IMG/VR virus record: IMGVR_UViG_3300038679_000166
Span: 1-45,085 of that record
Origin: a virus
Taxonomy: Duplodnaviria > Caudoviricetes
Reading direction: 5' to 3' (one strand)
Length of the DNA stretch: 45,085 nt
A program made the position numbers and the translations under genes. Below, in pieces: positions 43,456-45,085 of the stretch. Positions within the stretch are counted from its first letter, which is position 1, and every line of letters starts with the position of its first letter. The notes below the pieces were generated by a model. It did not search any database. It was not told where the DNA came from and saw only the letters and a list, made by a program, of their open reading frames with translations.

Positions 43456-44325
43456 CTAATTTTTATTTCTGGTATCTTCGCCATTGTTCCTCCACGGTAA
43501 ATCGTTATGTTCTCTGTCGTCTAGGAGGCGACCGGCTTTGGAACCGCACCGGAACATAACGCCCGGCTTCCCCGGTGGCCTATCAATAACTGCATGGGGG
43601 TTTTTTGTATTACATAAACAATTAGGATGCCACATTCCCCACGATTTAAAGAAGAACGGGACACCACTGGCGGCGCATTGATCGCGGACAGACCGTACCC
43701 AATCAGGATGGCAAGGGCGAGCACCTGGGCCTGTTTCTCCTCCCAAAACTACGGCATCGATATGCGGTTGAGAACATTGGTTTTTATGCCGACCGGAGCA
43801 CAATCCCCAATCCTCGCACGAATGATCGCACAGATATTTTTTTAAATCCACCGGCCCCAACATTGGTTCTATGCTTATCCACCTATGAGCAGCAGGAGTT
43901 TGAAACAGGAGCGGGATTTTCTCATCAGCCTCTTGCTGGTTGCAGACAGTAACGCCGAGCCAGAGGTTAGGTAATGATGGAGATTCAACACCTGATACAC
44001 TTGGAGCAAAACACTCTAATGCCCTTTTAATGCGCTTAGTTAAAACTAAAAAAGTGTCTTGTGGACATACCTCAATAATGTTTAACACTTCAATAATAAA
44101 GTCATTCGGTACGGCCTCATGGAATAGATCATTCCAGATACACCACACATAACTCTTTTTCACTTTTCTGGGCAATTCAATACGATTCCATCGCATTGTT
44201 ACTTTCTCCGGCCACTTATAAAACCGCTTACCCATCGCCATTGACCAGCAATGGTCACAGCCAGGAGAACAGGGGGTGCAGCCATCAACTAAACTCCACG
44301 GACGATCCCAGTATTTACCAGTCAT
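43456..44325 (-). CDS. Phage Gp37/Gp68 (DUF5131) family protein
   Basis: GCTPCSPGCDHCW, DLFHE.VP, LTKR, NLWLGVTV, SIEPMLG, GGETGPGARP, VPFFFK. Confidence 0.9.
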   Translation of the reverse strand: MTGKYWDRPWSLVDGCTPCSPGCDHCWSMAMGKRFYKWPEKVTMRWNRIELPRKVKKSYVWCIWNDLFHEAVPNDFIIEVLNIIEVCPQDTFLVLTKRIKRALECFAPSVSGVESPSLPNLWLGVTVCNQQEADEKIPLLFQTPAAHRWISIEPMLGPVDLKKYLCDHSCEDWGLCSGRHKNQCSQPHIDAVVLGGETGPGARPCHPDWVRSVRDQCAASGVPFFFKSWGMWHPNCLCNTKNPHAVIDRPPGKPGVMFRCGSKAGRLLDDREHNDLPWRNNGEDTRNKN

Positions 44326-44951
44326 GCGGATAACTCCTTGAGCGCAAGCTCTATCTCTGACTTCATAATTAACTCGGTGCGGGCGATGACAAGCTCCTGG
44401 ACCCTGGGGAGGACCGTCTCCGGGATCTCATCAATGATCGATCTGAGTTCGGACGATACGGCATCGAAGATCTCTGCGGCTATGATACGGCCAATGCGGG
44501 GCGGGATGTTCAGAACGGCATCCCGGAAGCTGCGGGCTTTGTTAAAGAATGTTGCGCTTGCTTCATCTGCCAGGATATATTTACCGCTTTTAATCTCATA
44601 CTCCTGCTGCCGGAGCAGTGCCTCATAGCGGATCTTCCAGGTCGTTGCCTGGCGGTAGGAGTCGGGCTGGTTGCCCGTTGTCTTTTCTGCTCCGGCGGCA
44701 CCCTGGTTGTTTTCATCTGGATCCCCGAGCGGTACGCCATCGTCAGAAAATAATCTTTGGTTTGTCATCCGCACATTGATGTCCAGGTACCCGTCAGCTT
44801 TGAGCGGATCGATCATATACCGGCGGCCTTTTTTTATGACTGCGTCACCCAGGGGACCGAGCTTTTTTTCAGCGATCCACTTAGATACTGCCATGGCGCT
44901 GACTTTCTTCATCCTGGCATATTCAACCGCGCTCACTCGTCCGTCGACCAA
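44322..44951 (-). CDS. Terminase small subunit (Nu1-like)
   Basis: N-terminal wHTH (EYARMKKVS..AVSKWI), YEIKSGKYI..RDAVLNIP.R; first gene after cos. Confidence 0.8.
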   Translation of the reverse strand: MVDGRVSAVEYARMKKVSAMAVSKWIAEKKLGPLGDAVIKKGRRYMIDPLKADGYLDINVRMTNQRLFSDDGVPLGDPDENNQGAAGAEKTTGNQPDSYRQATTWKIRYEALLRQQEYEIKSGKYILADEASATFFNKARSFRDAVLNIPPRIGRIIAAEIFDAVSSELRSIIDEIPETVLPRVQELVIARTELIMKSEIELALKELSA

Positions 44952-45030
44952 CGTCTTAAACCTTTTCCTTTGTCGTCTTAAACCTTTTCATTCTATCTAT
45001 TAAACTTTATTGCTCTTTTATTAAACCTTG
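44952..45030. promoter_or_regulatory. cosB-like phased repeats
   Basis: TTAAAC(C/T)TT at 44956, 44978, 45000 and 45021. The first two are part of identical 16-mers. Confidence 0.6.
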
Positions 45031-45061
45031 TTATTTTTTCTATCACTAGCGATTTCTCGCG

Positions 45062-45073
45062 CTCCTTGGTATC
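45062..45073. other. 12-bp terminal repeat, probable cohesive end, right copy
   Basis: Identical to bases 1-12. Confidence 0.85.
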
Positions 45074-45085
45074 AGATCGGAAGAG
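45074..45085 (+). other. Illumina adapter (non-biological)
   Basis: AGATCGGAAGAG is the common start of the Illumina TruSeq adapter. Confidence 0.95.

Noticed and set aside
45074-45085. Terminal AGATCGGAAGAG as phage sequence
   Set aside because: It matches the Illumina adapter and should be trimmed.
1-45085. Specific host assignment
   Set aside because: The repeat style and gene content suggest an anaerobic Gram-negative (deltaproteobacteria-like) host, but nothing in the window proves it.

Overview
This looks like a complete temperate, lambda-type siphovirus genome read from one physical end to the other. Bases 1-12 (CTCCTTGGTATC) recur at 45062-45073 and are followed by an Illumina adapter. 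Joined, the ends form a lambda-like cos site with a cosQ-like GGGTCCT, just upstream of the small terminase. Nearly all genes are on the minus strand. From the right end: TerS, Gp37/Gp68, TerL, gpW, portal, S49 protease with nested scaffold, decoration, major capsid, lysis genes, an AT-richer accessory structural island, neck and tail genes (with a -1 frameshift chaperone), tail tip, and four signal-peptide-bearing, Cys-rich fibre-like genes. Next come a plus-strand XRE repressor and a divergent early operon ending in ParB, tyrosine integrase, an iteron-containing initiator and a gpZ-like gene. The most unusual feature is a dispersed family of about 11 polar heptamer-armed hairpin elements, plus related heptamer and REP-like families. 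They sit at tail-gene junctions or in frame inside genes, were visibly copied between loci, and in places supply the RBS or part of a signal peptide. A candidate small-RNA switch matches the integrase RBS. All protein calls come from visual motif recognition and gene order; no database search was run.
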